A DNA stretch of 64,000 nucleotides from an uncultured Desulfosarcina sp. (GTDB taxonomy: Bacteria > Desulfobacterota > Desulfobacteria > Desulfobacterales > Desulfosarcinaceae), in the NCBI GenBank assembly GCA_963674945.2, contig CAXXWQ010000004.1, positions 352,001 to 416,000 of the forward strand, in the 5' to 3' direction. The notes below the pieces were generated by a model. That model was not told the DNA's origin, did no database searches, and was given only the letters and a program-made list of their open reading frames with translations. The translations under genes were made by a program, and so were the position numbers. Positions 1 to 10,407 of the stretch are shown here, piece after piece; position 1 is the stretch's first letter, and each line of letters opens with the position of its first letter.

Positions 1-14
1 AGGATAAGGGCAAA

Positions 15-410
15 TCAGCGTTTGGAAAACTGGAAACGCGCCCTTGCACCCTTTTGTCCGTACTTCTTTCGCTCTTTTTCTCTCGGATCCCGTTTGACGA
101 ACCCGGCCCGTTTCAGAGATTGCCGAAGATCCGGGTCGAACAGGATCAGGGCCTTGGTGATACCGTGTCGTACCGCCCCCGCCTGGCCGGAAATTCCGCC
201 GCCGTGGACCTTCACCTTGATATCGAAGGTATCCAGGTGGTTGGTCAGCGTCAGTGGCTGGCGCAGGATGGTTCTGGCCGTACTCACGGTGAAGTACTCA
301 TCCGCAGGCTGATCGTTAACGGTTATGACACCGCTGCCGGGCTTGATCCACGTTCTCGCGATGGCATTCTTTCTTTTTCCCGTTGCGTAATGTGTTTTTT
401 CTGTTGCCAT
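15..410 (-). CDS. rpsI: 30S ribosomal protein S9
   Basis: [12 protein letters not shown]-terminus, [11 protein letters not shown]-terminal [19 protein letters not shown]; follows rplM. Confidence 0.99.
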   Translation of the reverse strand: MATEKTHYATGKRKNAIARTWIKPGSGVITVNDQPADEYFTVSTARTILRQPLTLTNHLDTFDIKVKVHGGGISGQAGAVRHGITKALILFDPDLRQSLKRAGFVKRDPREKERKKYGQKGARARFQFSKR

Positions 411-452
411 GGTATTTTCCGGGTATCTATGGTTGTATCGATTATATTGAAA

Positions 453-890
453 TTATTGAATGCTGAGAACTTCCGGCTGCTGGGCTTCGTGGGGGTGTTG
501 CTCCCCCGCGTATACCTTGAGCTTTTTAAATAATTTTCTGCCCAGGCTGTTCTTCGGAAGCATTCCCCTTACGGCAAAACGGATCACGTCTTCGGGCCTT
601 TTTTCCAGCAGCTTTTTCGCGGTGATGGTCTTCAACCCTCCGATGTAGCCACTGTGGCGATAGTATTTTTTCTGATCCAATTTTCTTCCGGTAAGAACGA
701 TCTTTTCGGCGTTGATCACCACTACGGAATCACCCAGATCCGCATGGGGGGTGAAAAGGGGGTTATTTTTGCCCCGCAACGTAGCGGCCACCTGGGAGGC
801 GAGACGTCCGAGGACGGCGCCCTCGGCATCCACAACCCACCATTTGTTCTGATTGTCGGCGTTTTTCGCACTATATGTATATTTTTTCAC
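453..890 (-). CDS. rplM: 50S ribosomal protein L13
   Basis: [47 protein letters not shown] start at 890 chosen after an AGGAG RBS. Confidence 0.98.
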   Translation of the reverse strand: MKKYTYSAKNADNQNKWWVVDAEGAVLGRLASQVAATLRGKNNPLFTPHADLGDSVVVINAEKIVLTGRKLDQKKYYRHSGYIGGLKTITAKKLLEKRPEDVIRFAVRGMLPKNSLGRKLFKKLKVYAGEQHPHEAQQPEVLSIQ

Positions 891-1022
891 CGTATTCACT
901 CCTGTTCGTTTCTTAGAATCTGGCACTATTAATGAATAATCTCGACGGTGTCAAGGAAAAATCGATATGCCCCCCTGTTTCATGTTTGACATCCTCCGCC
1001 GATTTTGCGATATCCCATCGTC

Positions 1023-1646
1023 ATGGAACATCTTGAAATCGAAATCAAATTCAATGTCTCCGATTTCTATGACCTTAGAAGCCGCCTGATGGATATGGAC
1101 GCCACCTGTATCGGCCAGCGCACCTTTGAACGCAATGTCCGCTACGACACCGAGGATAGCCGGCTGCTGGAAAAAGGTTGCCTGCTGCGCCTTCGAAAGG
1201 ATACGGATATCACCCTCACCTTCAAGTCACCGCCGGGTGTCCCCGAGACAGAGTATAAAGTCTATCGGGAATTGGAGGTAACGGTCAACGATTTCGATGC
1301 CATGGATGCTCTTTTGAAAAATCTCGGGTTCGCGCCTCGCCAGATTTACGAGAAGTGGCGGGAAACCTGGCGATTGGATGGAGAAATCATCTGCATGGAC
1401 ACCATGCCCTTTGGCCGGTTTCTGGAGATCGAAGGCTCACCGGAACCGATCAAACGACTGGCAGGAAAATTGGGCCTTTCATGGGAGCATCGCATTCTCC
1501 AAAGCTATCTGGAAATGTTTTCGGTCTTACGGAAGATGGAAGGTCTGGATTTTATTGATGTCACCTTCGACAATTTCCGGTCCGTGCGTATCCCCTTCGA
1601 CAGATACCGCAGCCGATTCGAAGCAGATGGTCCAACCACGTCGTAA
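1023..1646 (+). CDS. CYTH-family protein (class IV adenylate cyclase-like)
   Basis: N-terminal EIEIKF (ExExK), LLRLRK, YEKWRETW, FLEIEG motifs. Confidence 0.85.
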   Translation: MEHLEIEIKFNVSDFYDLRSRLMDMDATCIGQRTFERNVRYDTEDSRLLEKGCLLRLRKDTDITLTFKSPPGVPETEYKVYRELEVTVNDFDAMDALLKNLGFAPRQIYEKWRETWRLDGEIICMDTMPFGRFLEIEGSPEPIKRLAGKLGLSWEHRILQSYLEMFSVLRKMEGLDFIDVTFDNFRSVRIPFDRYRSRFEADGPTTS

Positions 1647-1667
1647 GCATACGGCCCAGAGTCAGTA

Positions 1668-1705
1668 GATATCGGGCAAATTGCCCATTTCTGACCGATG
1701 ACGCA
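1668..1705. repeat. Truncated copy (right arm) of the intergenic hairpin element
   Basis: gatatcgggcaaattgcccatttctg is nearly identical to gatatcgggcaaattggccatttctg at the right end of 10408-10577. Confidence 0.7.
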
Positions 1706-2041
1706 TTATGTTCTTTGACACGTAATCCTGGCATTCAGTTGACCGCCGGGTTCCACTACAAGGTCCTGGCACACCACCTCACCGGAACAACGTCCTGTCG
1801 CCAGGATCAATACTTTGCCGGATGTTTCGACGCGTCCTTCGAATCGCCCGCCGATGGTCATGGTCTCTACGTTGACATCCGCTAGGACCGTCCCCTCTTC
1901 ACTGATGACGACGCTCTTTCCCGTAAGGGTGCCCTTTACCGTGCCCTTGACGACCAGATTCCCCTTGTCCACGATTGATCCGTCCACCTCCAAGTCCCTG
2001 TCGATGATGGAAAAAACCTGATGATGATCGGCCACGGCCAC
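1706..2041 (-). CDS. Bactofilin (polymer-forming cytoskeletal protein)
   Basis: SIIDRDLEVDGSI...LVVKGTVKG...ISEEGTV...TIGGRFEG...LVVEPGGQLNA beta-helix repeats. Confidence 0.85.
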   Translation of the reverse strand: MAVADHHQVFSIIDRDLEVDGSIVDKGNLVVKGTVKGTLTGKSVVISEEGTVLADVNVETMTIGGRFEGRVETSGKVLILATGRCSGEVVCQDLVVEPGGQLNARITCQRT

Positions 2042-2080
2042 AGTCTCCTTCCTATATCGAATCCTTTACGAGTGTATTTT

Positions 2081-2998
2081 TCATCGATTCTTCCTGTCAG
2101 GCCCCGAGGTCGCGGGAACCGAATCGGTCGCAGCCCCTTTTTCATTGGGCGTCACATCTGCCGGTGGGACCGCCAGTGGGCCGGGAGGTGTGATATGGTA
2201 TTGTTTCTCCAGTATCTTATCGCCGCCATGATCGAATACGAAAACGGTGGCAGAAGTATATCGAGAGAGCTGATTCGGGCCGGTTCCCGACATGGTCATA
2301 TCGATGTATCTGGAAATTCGAAACGGGTTCCCGTCACTTCCATCGGGCTGCCCCTGTGACAAGGGCACATCCGGCAGTGCAAACCATTCAACTGGATCCG
2401 ATCCTTCCGTCTTGAGCACGACGACACACCGCCCTTCAACGGGATCGGATCGGGGACCGGTATTTTGCACGCGAAATTGGGCCGTGACGTGATTGGCACG
2501 AACATCGAATAGTACCTCGAAATTTCCCAAAGCGACTGCAGGTTGTGCCGGTGGTTCGGATGATTGAACAACGGGCGGATCCGACGATGGCACACCGGCA
2601 TCTTGTCGATGTTTTTTTTCGACTTCGACAGGCGCTCTGCCTCCGGCCGTGGACGCCTCTGATGTGTTGGTTTTATTGATCCCTGCTGCCGACGCTTCGG
2701 ATGACGACGGCTGGAATTGTTCGAGGCGGGCTTTGACCAGCACCAATTCGGCTGTCCTTCGTTCATGTTCGCTCTTGAAATGGGCCGCTTGTTCGCTGAC
2801 ATCGGCCAGTTTCTCCCGGTTTTGCCGATGTCGCGCTTTTTCCATTGCGAATTGCCACCCCAGCAGCGCACTCGCCAGGCCGAACAGCACCAACAACCCC
2901 ACGAGTGTCAATGCGAATCCCTTCACGTGTCGGAAAGGAATGATTCGTCCATCGTCTGCCACCAACAGCAGCTGCCAATTGGATTCGGGTCGTGCCAT
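2081..2998 (-). CDS. Hypothetical membrane-anchored protein (TM + coiled coil + beta-rich C-terminal domain)
   Basis: One hydrophobic segment near the N-terminus, coiled-coil-like stretch; N-terminus paralogous to 3026-4003. Confidence 0.7.
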   Translation of the reverse strand: MARPESNWQLLLVADDGRIIPFRHVKGFALTLVGLLVLFGLASALLGWQFAMEKARHRQNREKLADVSEQAAHFKSEHERRTAELVLVKARLEQFQPSSSEASAAGINKTNTSEASTAGGRAPVEVEKKHRQDAGVPSSDPPVVQSSEPPAQPAVALGNFEVLFDVRANHVTAQFRVQNTGPRSDPVEGRCVVVLKTEGSDPVEWFALPDVPLSQGQPDGSDGNPFRISRYIDMTMSGTGPNQLSRYTSATVFVFDHGGDKILEKQYHITPPGPLAVPPADVTPNEKGAATDSVPATSGPDRKNR

Positions 2999-3025
2999 GT
3001 TTACGGAGTCCTCATCTTTTACCCA

Positions 3026-4003
3026 TTAAAGCGTTTTTAACTTCTTTCTGGCGATCTTTGCCTCATCAGTCTGCGGGTATCCGGCAATCAGTTCGTTGAA
3101 AAGCCGACGGGCGGTTTCGGTTTTCCCCATCTCAATACAGGAGAATCCCTGCTTCAGCAGTGCGCCGGGAACTTTGTTTCCCGACGGATAGTTATCGATT
3201 ACCTTCCGATATTCGATGATGGCTTTGTCGTACAATTTCTCGCGATAGTAACATTCCCCGATCCAAAATCGAGCGTTGTCCGCACGAGACGACTTTGGAT
3301 ATGTTGCGATCAACTTCTCGAAACCGTTCCGGGCGCCGTCATAATCCCCATTTCTGAATTTCTTCATTGAAGATTCATACAGATCCTCTTCCGAGACCGG
3401 TTTTTCCGAAACTTGTTCATCCGGGACTGTTTTCTCAACAGCCTCTGCGGTAGTCTGCTTTTCTGTTTCGGATGGCTGAAGGGGTGGGGACGAAACAGGA
3501 AGGGATTCGGACTCCTCTTCTACTGGTGCGATTTTTTGAGAAACGTTCTCTGACTGCGCCTCTTCTGCGAAAGGTGTTCCCGATGATGCGGATTCTTCTT
3601 TCTCTTGAATATTCTCCTCGGAGAGAATATCTCTTCTCTCATCAACCGTTTGTGGCGTCGGTGCGTTGCCTTTGGGTTCGATCTTTTGAATCGTCGGCAA
3701 CGCGGTCTTTTCCGAAAGCGCCTCTTCAATGCCGGCTTGTGCCAATTCCAAAGCGGTAACATCCGATTCGAGTTCACTTTTATAATGCGCCACATGTCGG
3801 TTGGCCGCCACCAATTGCGCCAGTGTTCGCCGATGCCGCTTCTTTTCGATTACAAGCTGCCAGCCCAATACCGCAGAAGCGAGAAACAATATGGCAATCA
3901 AAACCAAAAGGATCGTAGCGAATCCCTTCACATGGCGAAAGGGGATCACGCGGCCGTCGTCCGCCATCATCAGCAGTTGCCAATTGGATTTGGAATCAGT
4001 CAC
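3026..4003 (-). CDS. Chimeric CpoB/YbgF-like TPR protein with membrane anchor
   Basis: N-terminus matches 2081-2998; C-terminal TPR region closely matches cpoB at 7449-8327. Confidence 0.85.
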   Translation of the reverse strand: MTDSKSNWQLLMMADDGRVIPFRHVKGFATILLVLIAILFLASAVLGWQLVIEKKRHRRTLAQLVAANRHVAHYKSELESDVTALELAQAGIEEALSEKTALPTIQKIEPKGNAPTPQTVDERRDILSEENIQEKEESASSGTPFAEEAQSENVSQKIAPVEEESESLPVSSPPLQPSETEKQTTAEAVEKTVPDEQVSEKPVSEEDLYESSMKKFRNGDYDGARNGFEKLIATYPKSSRADNARFWIGECYYREKLYDKAIIEYRKVIDNYPSGNKVPGALLKQGFSCIEMGKTETARRLFNELIAGYPQTDEAKIARKKLKTL

Positions 4004-4076
4004 GAGTTTCTTTCGTAATACGGTTTGGCCATCTTTGGCCTGGAAAAGCTTTTTACGAAGCCGTCAAGACTGCATG

Positions 4077-4910
4077 TCATCCGCCTCTCACACAGACACG
4101 ATCCCCTCTGTTCACTTTGAACAACCGGCTGGCGCTGCCGCAGTTGACGGAAATTTCCAACAAACCGCGACTGCCCACGATCGCCATTGGTCGATGGAGC
4201 TGAACCCGGCCGTAGGCAGTGGTCAGTCCCGCAATCGTTGTTTTCCCGGCCAGGTCCACGACCAACGGTTTGCCGGTCGTTCGTCGGATCAGTGCGTCCA
4301 GGGCAGGGGTATCCACATTGGTCATCAGGTTGCCGAACCGGTCGACGGCCACCACCTCTCCCCGAATCGTGGTTCTGGACTCGAAGCGGCACCGGGGCAC
4401 CACACCCGTTACGAGGCTCTTTGCACTGATCACCGGCCCCAGTTCCTCCATTGGCACGCCCCTGGCCATGTGAGCGGCGACGGGTGCGAAGACATCCCGC
4501 CCATGAAAGGTCTGACTGACCGATGGCAAAAAAAATTCCGATTTCGTCACCGAGACGGCAATCTCCAACGGTTTTCGATCCGTCACCCGTTCGAGTAGCC
4601 CATTGTCCGGCGCAAGAAAATGGTGTCCGTTGCAGGTGACAGCCACGATGCGCCGGTCGCCGCCGACTCCCGGATCTACGATGGCCACATGGATGGTGCC
4701 GACGGGGAAATAGGAGTAGGCAGCGGCCAGAATGAAGGCGCCGTGGACAATATCCTGGGGTTCGATGCGGTGACTGATATCCACAACACGGATGCCGGGA
4801 TGGATACCGGCGATCACCCCTTTCATCACGCCCGCATATTCGTCCCGGTCACCGAAATCGGTAAGAAAGGTAATCAGTGGAGCGGATTCAATAGTACGTT
4901 CACCAGCCAT
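4077..4910 (-). CDS. SAM hydroxide adenosyltransferase / chlorinase-fluorinase family protein (DUF62)
   Basis: ITFLTDFG, IVDPGVG, APDNGLL, TFHGRDVFAP, DRFGNL motifs. Confidence 0.92.
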   Translation of the reverse strand: MAGERTIESAPLITFLTDFGDRDEYAGVMKGVIAGIHPGIRVVDISHRIEPQDIVHGAFILAAAYSYFPVGTIHVAIVDPGVGGDRRIVAVTCNGHHFLAPDNGLLERVTDRKPLEIAVSVTKSEFFLPSVSQTFHGRDVFAPVAAHMARGVPMEELGPVISAKSLVTGVVPRCRFESRTTIRGEVVAVDRFGNLMTNVDTPALDALIRRTTGKPLVVDLAGKTTIAGLTTAYGRVQLHRPMAIVGSRGLLEISVNCGSASRLFKVNRGDRVCVRGG

Positions 4911-4983
4911 AGGAAAAAATTCCATAAAATCAATATGGCCGCAAGACAACTTGGTCCGAATCGCACCGGCAGTACTGCGCCCG

Positions 4984-5107
4984 CCGGATTTGGGTTGCGT
5001 TCGAGATCAAGGCTTGCGAGACCCGAGGAGCGAGTCGTACATGAAGTACGTCGCAGTGACGAGGGACGAAGCGCAGGCGCAGATATCGGGCGCAACCCGA
5101 AGCCGGC
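4984..5107. repeat. Long imperfect inverted-repeat intergenic element
   Basis: gccggatttgggttgcgttcgagatc pairs with gatatcgggcgcaacccgaagccggc; nested inner stems; shares cgagatcaaggc and gatatcgggc with 10408-10577. Confidence 0.75.
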
Positions 5108-5110
5108 GCA

Positions 5111-6151
5111 TTAGAACAGTTTTTGCTGGACAGCAATCCCCAAATGACCATATGCCGCATCGCAGACCCGGCGCCCAGAGGAAGTGCGAATCACCATTCC
5201 GATTTTCAGCAGATAGGGTTCCACCACGTCCACAAGGGTATCGGACTCCTCCTGCAAGGTGGCCGCGATCGCCTCGATGCCAACCGGCCCGCCACCATAA
5301 TAGTCGATAATGGTCTTCAGGTACCGGCGGTCGAGACGGGTAAGCCCCTGTTCGTCCACACCCTCTAACGATAGTGCCGCTTCCACGATGGGCTTGGAGA
5401 TGGTTCCGTCGCCACGGACCTGAGCGTAGTCTCGAACGCGTTTGAGCAATCGATTTGCAATGCGAGGCGTTCCCCGACAGCGTTTGGCCAATTCCTGGGC
5501 ACCCGATGTGTCGATGGATACCTGTAACAAGGATGCGCTGCGGGTGGTGATTTGCACCAACTCATCGAGACCGTAGAAATCGAGACTGCGGAAGATGCCG
5601 AAACGGTCCCGAAGCGGCGCGGAAAGCAATCCCACCCGGGTGGTTGCCCCGACGAGGGTGAATGCCTTGAGCCGATACCGGTGGCTGCGGGCGTGAATTC
5701 CCTTGTCGAAGACAAAGTCCACGGCAAAATCTTCCATTGCCGGGTAAAGAAATTCCTCGACCGTTTTGGGTGTCCGGTGAATCTCATCCACAAAGAGGAC
5801 ATCCCCTTCTCCCAGATGCGTGAGGATCCCGATCAGATCCCCGCCCTTTTCCAGGGCCGGTCCTGAAGTCACGGTGAGTGCACCGCCCATCTCATTGGCA
5901 ATGATGTGGGCCAAAGTGGTCTTGCCCAACCCCGGTGGTCCGTGAAAAAGAACGTGTTCCAGTGGTTCTGACCGGAGTTTGGCGGCCTCGATGGCGATCT
6001 TCAAGGTCTCCACCACTTCGGCCTGGCCGACATAGGCATCGAGCCGTTCAGGCCGCAAGGAGAGAATCTCCGGATCCCGGTCACCGTGTTGGAGTCCACC
6101 ATCGACGATGGTGGTTTCATCGGATCTGTGGGTGAGAATCCGATCCGCCAT
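5111..6151 (-). CDS. ruvB: Holliday junction branch migration helicase RuvB
   Basis: [14 protein letters not shown]alker [25 protein letters not shown]. Confidence 0.98.
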   Translation of the reverse strand: MADRILTHRSDETTIVDGGLQHGDRDPEILSLRPERLDAYVGQAEVVETLKIAIEAAKLRSEPLEHVLFHGPPGLGKTTLAHIIANEMGGALTVTSGPALEKGGDLIGILTHLGEGDVLFVDEIHRTPKTVEEFLYPAMEDFAVDFVFDKGIHARSHRYRLKAFTLVGATTRVGLLSAPLRDRFGIFRSLDFYGLDELVQITTRSASLLQVSIDTSGAQELAKRCRGTPRIANRLLKRVRDYAQVRGDGTISKPIVEAALSLEGVDEQGLTRLDRRYLKTIIDYYGGGPVGIEAIAATLQEESDTLVDVVEPYLLKIGMVIRTSSGRRVCDAAYGHLGIAVQQKLF

Positions 6152-6231
6152 TACGAGGCCCACACTTTTTGTTGCACCATGGCTACACTCCGGCAAATGC
6201 GTTTAATAATGACGTCTCCAAAAATATAAAA

Positions 6232-6855
6232 TCACGTATAGGTTCGCTGTGAATGATATATCTCATCAAACAAGTCCTCTGCCGATGCGATATCTCGGTT
6301 TCGCTTCATGACATCGACGACCATCTGTCGGGCGTCGGTGGTCTTGTATCCCAACTGAGACACGAGCACATCCATCACCACCTGGACGAAGTCCTCGTCC
6401 TCCGGCCCCTGGTTTTCCTCTTTTCTATGCTTGATCAGGGCAAATTTGTTCATTTTCCCCTGCAATGAAGCGACAATTTTATGGGCCGTACGATCCCCGA
6501 TGCCATTCAACCTTTTGAGAGCACCGACATCTCCGCTTTCGATGGCATGGGCGATATCGCCCACCGGAACATTGAGCGCTTTTACGGCTTTGAGTGGTCC
6601 GATGGCCTCGACGGATATGAAATACTGGAAAAATTCCTTTTCCGCTTCCAGCTGGAAACCGATTAACACCGGCTTGGGTTGCCTTTCCGTCTGATAGTAG
6701 TAGATGTATAAAGAGACCTCATCTCCGATGGATTTTTGCTTTATTGTCTCCATGACGACAATCGGGACGAGAACTTCGTATCCCACATGATTCACCAGGA
6801 GCAAAATCCGGTCCTGCTCCTTTTTCATCAATCTGCCCTCTAAATATCCAATCAT
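6232..6855 (-). CDS. ruvA: Holliday junction branch migration protein RuvA
   Basis: MIGYLEG, VGYEV, HhH motifs (IGPLKA, GIGDRTA); between ruvC and ruvB. Confidence 0.93.
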   Translation of the reverse strand: MIGYLEGRLMKKEQDRILLLVNHVGYEVLVPIVVMETIKQKSIGDEVSLYIYYYQTERQPKPVLIGFQLEAEKEFFQYFISVEAIGPLKAVKALNVPVGDIAHAIESGDVGALKRLNGIGDRTAHKIVASLQGKMNKFALIKHRKEENQGPEDEDFVQVVMDVLVSQLGYKTTDARQMVVDVMKRNRDIASAEDLFDEIYHSQRTYT

Positions 6856-6866
6856 CGCAAATCCTC

Positions 6867-7355
6867 TTAAGTCCGGTGGTCAAAATGCCGGAACAATCCA
6901 ATCAACGCCAACCCAAGGGCATCCGAGGCATGGAAGGGACGGATGGGATTGGTCGTATTGAGCGTATTTCGTACCGCACGTTCCAGCTGCTGTTTCGATG
7001 CCCTGCCGTTGCCGGTGAGGATTTGTTTGGCCTGGCGCACCGGTATTTCCAGCAGGGGGATACCGGACTGGCTTCCCGCCAATAGCAGAACGCCGCACAC
7101 CTTTCCCAAAACGATACCTGACTGGGGATATTTTTCAAGGGAAAAGACATCTTCAACAACCATCAGGTCCGGCGCCTCTTGTGTGAGTACCCGACAAATT
7201 TTTTCATAAATATGCTTGACCCGAAAAGGGGTCGGATCCGCCTTGGACGTGGAGATCGTACCGTAGGCAAAACCGCACACCTTCAAACCGCTGCCGGAAA
7301 CGATACCGATTCCGGTTTCCGCCAAGCCAGGATCGATTCCGATCACCTTTAGCAT
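6867..7355 (-). CDS. ruvC: Crossover junction endodeoxyribonuclease RuvC
   Basis: VIGIDPGLAETG, VVEDVF, TGNGRASKQQ, HASDALGLA. Confidence 0.96.
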   Translation of the reverse strand: MLKVIGIDPGLAETGIGIVSGSGLKVCGFAYGTISTSKADPTPFRVKHIYEKICRVLTQEAPDLMVVEDVFSLEKYPQSGIVLGKVCGVLLLAGSQSGIPLLEIPVRQAKQILTGNGRASKQQLERAVRNTLNTTNPIRPFHASDALGLALIGLFRHFDHRT

Positions 7356-7448
7356 GGCCGTTTACCGTTTCGCCAATAGCCGGTTGGATTGAATCCTATG
7401 GAGAATGGGTCCATGGAGGGTCAATGGGATCGTGGGAGACATGTAAAA

Positions 7449-8327
7449 TTACAGGGATTTCAATTTTTCCGTTGCAATCTTGGCTTCATTCGTACCAGGA
7501 TGCTTCGCAATCAGCTCTTTGAGAAGCAGTCGCGCGTTGCTGATTTCGCCGATTTGAATAAAGGACAGGCCCTGTTTAAGCAGCGCGGCAGGAATTTTAT
7601 TTCCCGACGGATAGTTTTCGATCACTTTCTGATATTCGAGGATGGCTTTCTCATACCATTTTTCGCGATAGTAGGTTTCACCAATCCAGAATTGCGCGTT
7701 ATCCGCCTGTGACGATTTCGGATACGTTGCGATCAGTTTTTCGAAACCGTTCCGGGCACCTTCATAATCCCCACTGTCGAATTTCTTTCTCGAAGATTGA
7801 TATAATTCTTCGCCCGAAGCGGATTTGTTCGTAGCAACGACGGCCGTACGCTGGGGGGTATGTTTTGACTGGGCTTGAGAATCCTCGGGATTGGGATACC
7901 GGTCGACACCTGTAACGCGTTTTTCGAGAGAACCCATGCCGGTTGTGATCCGGTCCAATCGCTCCTGGTTTTGGCGTTGCCGTTCCTCATATCCCGCTAT
8001 CTTTTGATTGAGAAGGTACTCCAACTCTTCGAGACGCCCGGTTTGCAGCTGTAAGGCTTCTCGAAGACTATCGATTTGGGCGGCCAGTCCGGCGTATTGG
8101 CCACGTAGCTCGAATTCATCTTCCTGACGGGTCTTGTTTAGCCCTTCTACCTTGCTGGAAATATTCTCCTTTGCCTCGAGCAGTTCACGATTTCGCTTTT
8201 CCAGCTCCGCATTTCTCCGCTCAAGGGCGGAAAGGCGGTGGTCCAATGTGTAGATATCGTCCTGAATGGCGCATCCAGAAAGAATCACCATCATTAAAAT
8301 AACACACCATACGGCCCTTTTTTTCAT
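7449..8327 (-). CDS. cpoB: Tol-Pal system protein CpoB/YbgF
   Basis: Lipobox-like LSGC, coiled coil, TPR region ADNAQFWIGETYY...ALLKQG; directly after pal. Confidence 0.92.
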   Translation of the reverse strand: MKKRAVWCVILMMVILSGCAIQDDIYTLDHRLSALERRNAELEKRNRELLEAKENISSKVEGLNKTRQEDEFELRGQYAGLAAQIDSLREALQLQTGRLEELEYLLNQKIAGYEERQRQNQERLDRITTGMGSLEKRVTGVDRYPNPEDSQAQSKHTPQRTAVVATNKSASGEELYQSSRKKFDSGDYEGARNGFEKLIATYPKSSQADNAQFWIGETYYREKWYEKAILEYQKVIENYPSGNKIPAALLKQGLSFIQIGEISNARLLLKELIAKHPGTNEAKIATEKLKSL

Positions 8328-8426
8328 CGTTACCATCCCGATCCAAATACCCATTACAGAATATGCAGCAATCACCAATGGATTGCTGCATATTCGTTTA
8401 GATAGATGAATGATTGATAGGCAGAC

Positions 8427-9020
8427 TTATTCCAGGACGAATGCAGCCCTTCTATTTTTGGCCCACGCTTCTTCGTCGTGACCCATGTCTATTGGTTTTT
8501 CCTCACCGTAGCTGATCGTCGTCAGACGCATATCGGAAATTCCCAGGTTGACCAGAAATGCCTTGACACTCTCCGCACGACGCTCACCCAGGGCCAGGTT
8601 GTATGCGTTGGTGCCTCTTTCGTCGCAATGCCCCTCAATGGTCACAGTTGCATCCGGATTGTCCTGCAGCCACATCGCCTTTTGTTTCAATAACTCCTGC
8701 GCTTGCTCACTCAAGTTGGCATCGTCGAAATCAAAATAGATATTTTCGTTTAAGAAACGATTCACTGCCATCATTTTTTCCCGCTCTGCTGCCTCTGCTT
8801 CAATTTGTGCGGCCCTTTCGGCGGCAAGGCGTTCCTCTTCCAGCTGGCGTTGACGCTCCAACTCTCTTTGTTTTTCCAGTTCCGCCTGGCGGGCAGCCTC
8901 CTCCGCGGCCAACTCCTCGGCCGTCGGGCCGGTTTGAACTTGTTTCTTGGCGCAGGAAACGGAAAACATCATAGCAGGAACGATCAACAATAATGCGATA
9001 ACAACCCATTTTTTCATCAT
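8427..9020 (-). CDS. pal: Peptidoglycan-associated lipoprotein Pal
   Basis: Lipobox [41 protein letters not shown]. Confidence 0.97.
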   Translation of the reverse strand: MMKKWVVIALLLIVPAMMFSVSCAKKQVQTGPTAEELAAEEAARQAELEKQRELERQRQLEEERLAAERAAQIEAEAAEREKMMAVNRFLNENIYFDFDDANLSEQAQELLKQKAMWLQDNPDATVTIEGHCDERGTNAYNLALGERRAESVKAFLVNLGISDMRLTTISYGEEKPIDMGHDEEAWAKNRRAAFVLE

Positions 9021-9059
9021 CTTCTCTTCCTCCTCATTTTTTTTTCGAGTATATAAAAC

Positions 9060-10382
9060 TCATGGATTTAAAATATTCGGGGACCATTTCGGGTTGGTTT
9101 GCTCACCGGGCAGGGAAAGCAGCCGCCTTTGGTCGGTACCGAATGCGGTCATTACGTATATCCTGCTTTTTCCCTCCCGCGTCGAACTGAACGCAATGAG
9201 GCTGCCATCGGGGGACCATGAGGGGGCCTCGTTATTTCCCTGATCCTGAGTGAGCTGAACCGGCTCACCGCCATCGGAATCAATGGTAAAAATGTTTATG
9301 ACGCCATCTTTCATGGCAGAATAGGCGATTCTATCTCCCTTGGGAGACCAGCTGGGTTGCGTGTTGTAGCGACCTTCAAACGTCAGCCGTTGAACCCGTC
9401 CGGAATTTTTATCGTAAATGTATAACTGTGGATTGCCTGAACGTTTGGAGACGAACGCCATGCGTTTCCCATCCGGAGCCCATGTCGGTTCGACGTCTAT
9501 TCCCAGACTATTTGTCAATCTTTTAATAATTTTCCCATTTCCGGTCAACAGATAAATTTCCTGATCTCCGGAAAAGGAGAGGCAGGCGGCCAACTCAAAC
9601 CGGCCGGGAACCCATGCCGGGACCACCTGCAGTCCTGGCTTATCGATACCTGTATATCGGCCATCTTGAACATTTTGAATCCGAATTTTCGGATAGTCGC
9701 TGGCATAGGTTGTATAAGCGATCCATTTACCATCGGAAGACCAGTCCGGAAAAAGGGAAATACTGTCGTGATGCGTGTACCGACGCGCATTGGAGCCGTC
9801 GAAATCACAGATATAAATCTCTTTGGTTCCACTGCCATTGGAAACGAAGGCAATTTTTGAATCGAAAAAACCGCGATTTCCGGTGACGGCAAACACCACC
9901 TCACCGCAAAACCGGCGAATCACCTGCCGATAATTTTCAGGATCGCTCCGATATCGTTTGCCCACCAGCATCTTCTCTTTGATCGTGTCGAAAAGGCGAA
10001 GCTCAAACTCCGCAGTGCCATTTTGAATCTCCATACGGCCGGTGATCAGCAATTCCGCACCGATGGCCGTCCAGTTCCGGTATCGAATGCCACCACCGGA
10101 AATGGCCATTTGTTGCGGGTCTTCGAGAAAAGCCCCGGGATCACTGAGAGTAAAATAGCCGGTGAAATCCAGAAATTCGCATAAAAGCGACGACGACGTC
10201 TTCGCCGTTGCCATAGTCACCGGATCATCCGTGGAAGCCTGGAATACCGGCACGGCAATGGGCGTTTTGCGAAGAAATGGATTCGAGATATCGATGTACG
10301 AATAGGGCGCGGCATACGCCATATCGACAAACAGTAAACCAAGAAAGAGCAAGACAACCATCTTCAATCTGAACGAAACCAT
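9060..10382 (-). CDS. tolB: Tol-Pal beta-propeller protein TolB
   Basis: PIAVP N-domain, repeated P-x-WSPDG (PD40) blades. Confidence 0.96.
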   Translation of the reverse strand: MVSFRLKMVVLLFLGLLFVDMAYAAPYSYIDISNPFLRKTPIAVPVFQASTDDPVTMATAKTSSSLLCEFLDFTGYFTLSDPGAFLEDPQQMAISGGGIRYRNWTAIGAELLITGRMEIQNGTAEFELRLFDTIKEKMLVGKRYRSDPENYRQVIRRFCGEVVFAVTGNRGFFDSKIAFVSNGSGTKEIYICDFDGSNARRYTHHDSISLFPDWSSDGKWIAYTTYASDYPKIRIQNVQDGRYTGIDKPGLQVVPAWVPGRFELAACLSFSGDQEIYLLTGNGKIIKRLTNSLGIDVEPTWAPDGKRMAFVSKRSGNPQLYIYDKNSGRVQRLTFEGRYNTQPSWSPKGDRIAYSAMKDGVINIFTIDSDGGEPVQLTQDQGNNEAPSWSPDGSLIAFSSTREGKSRIYVMTAFGTDQRRLLSLPGEQTNPKWSPNILNP

Positions 10383-10407
10383 GTAATGCAGATATCCTTC
10401 GTTTGTA

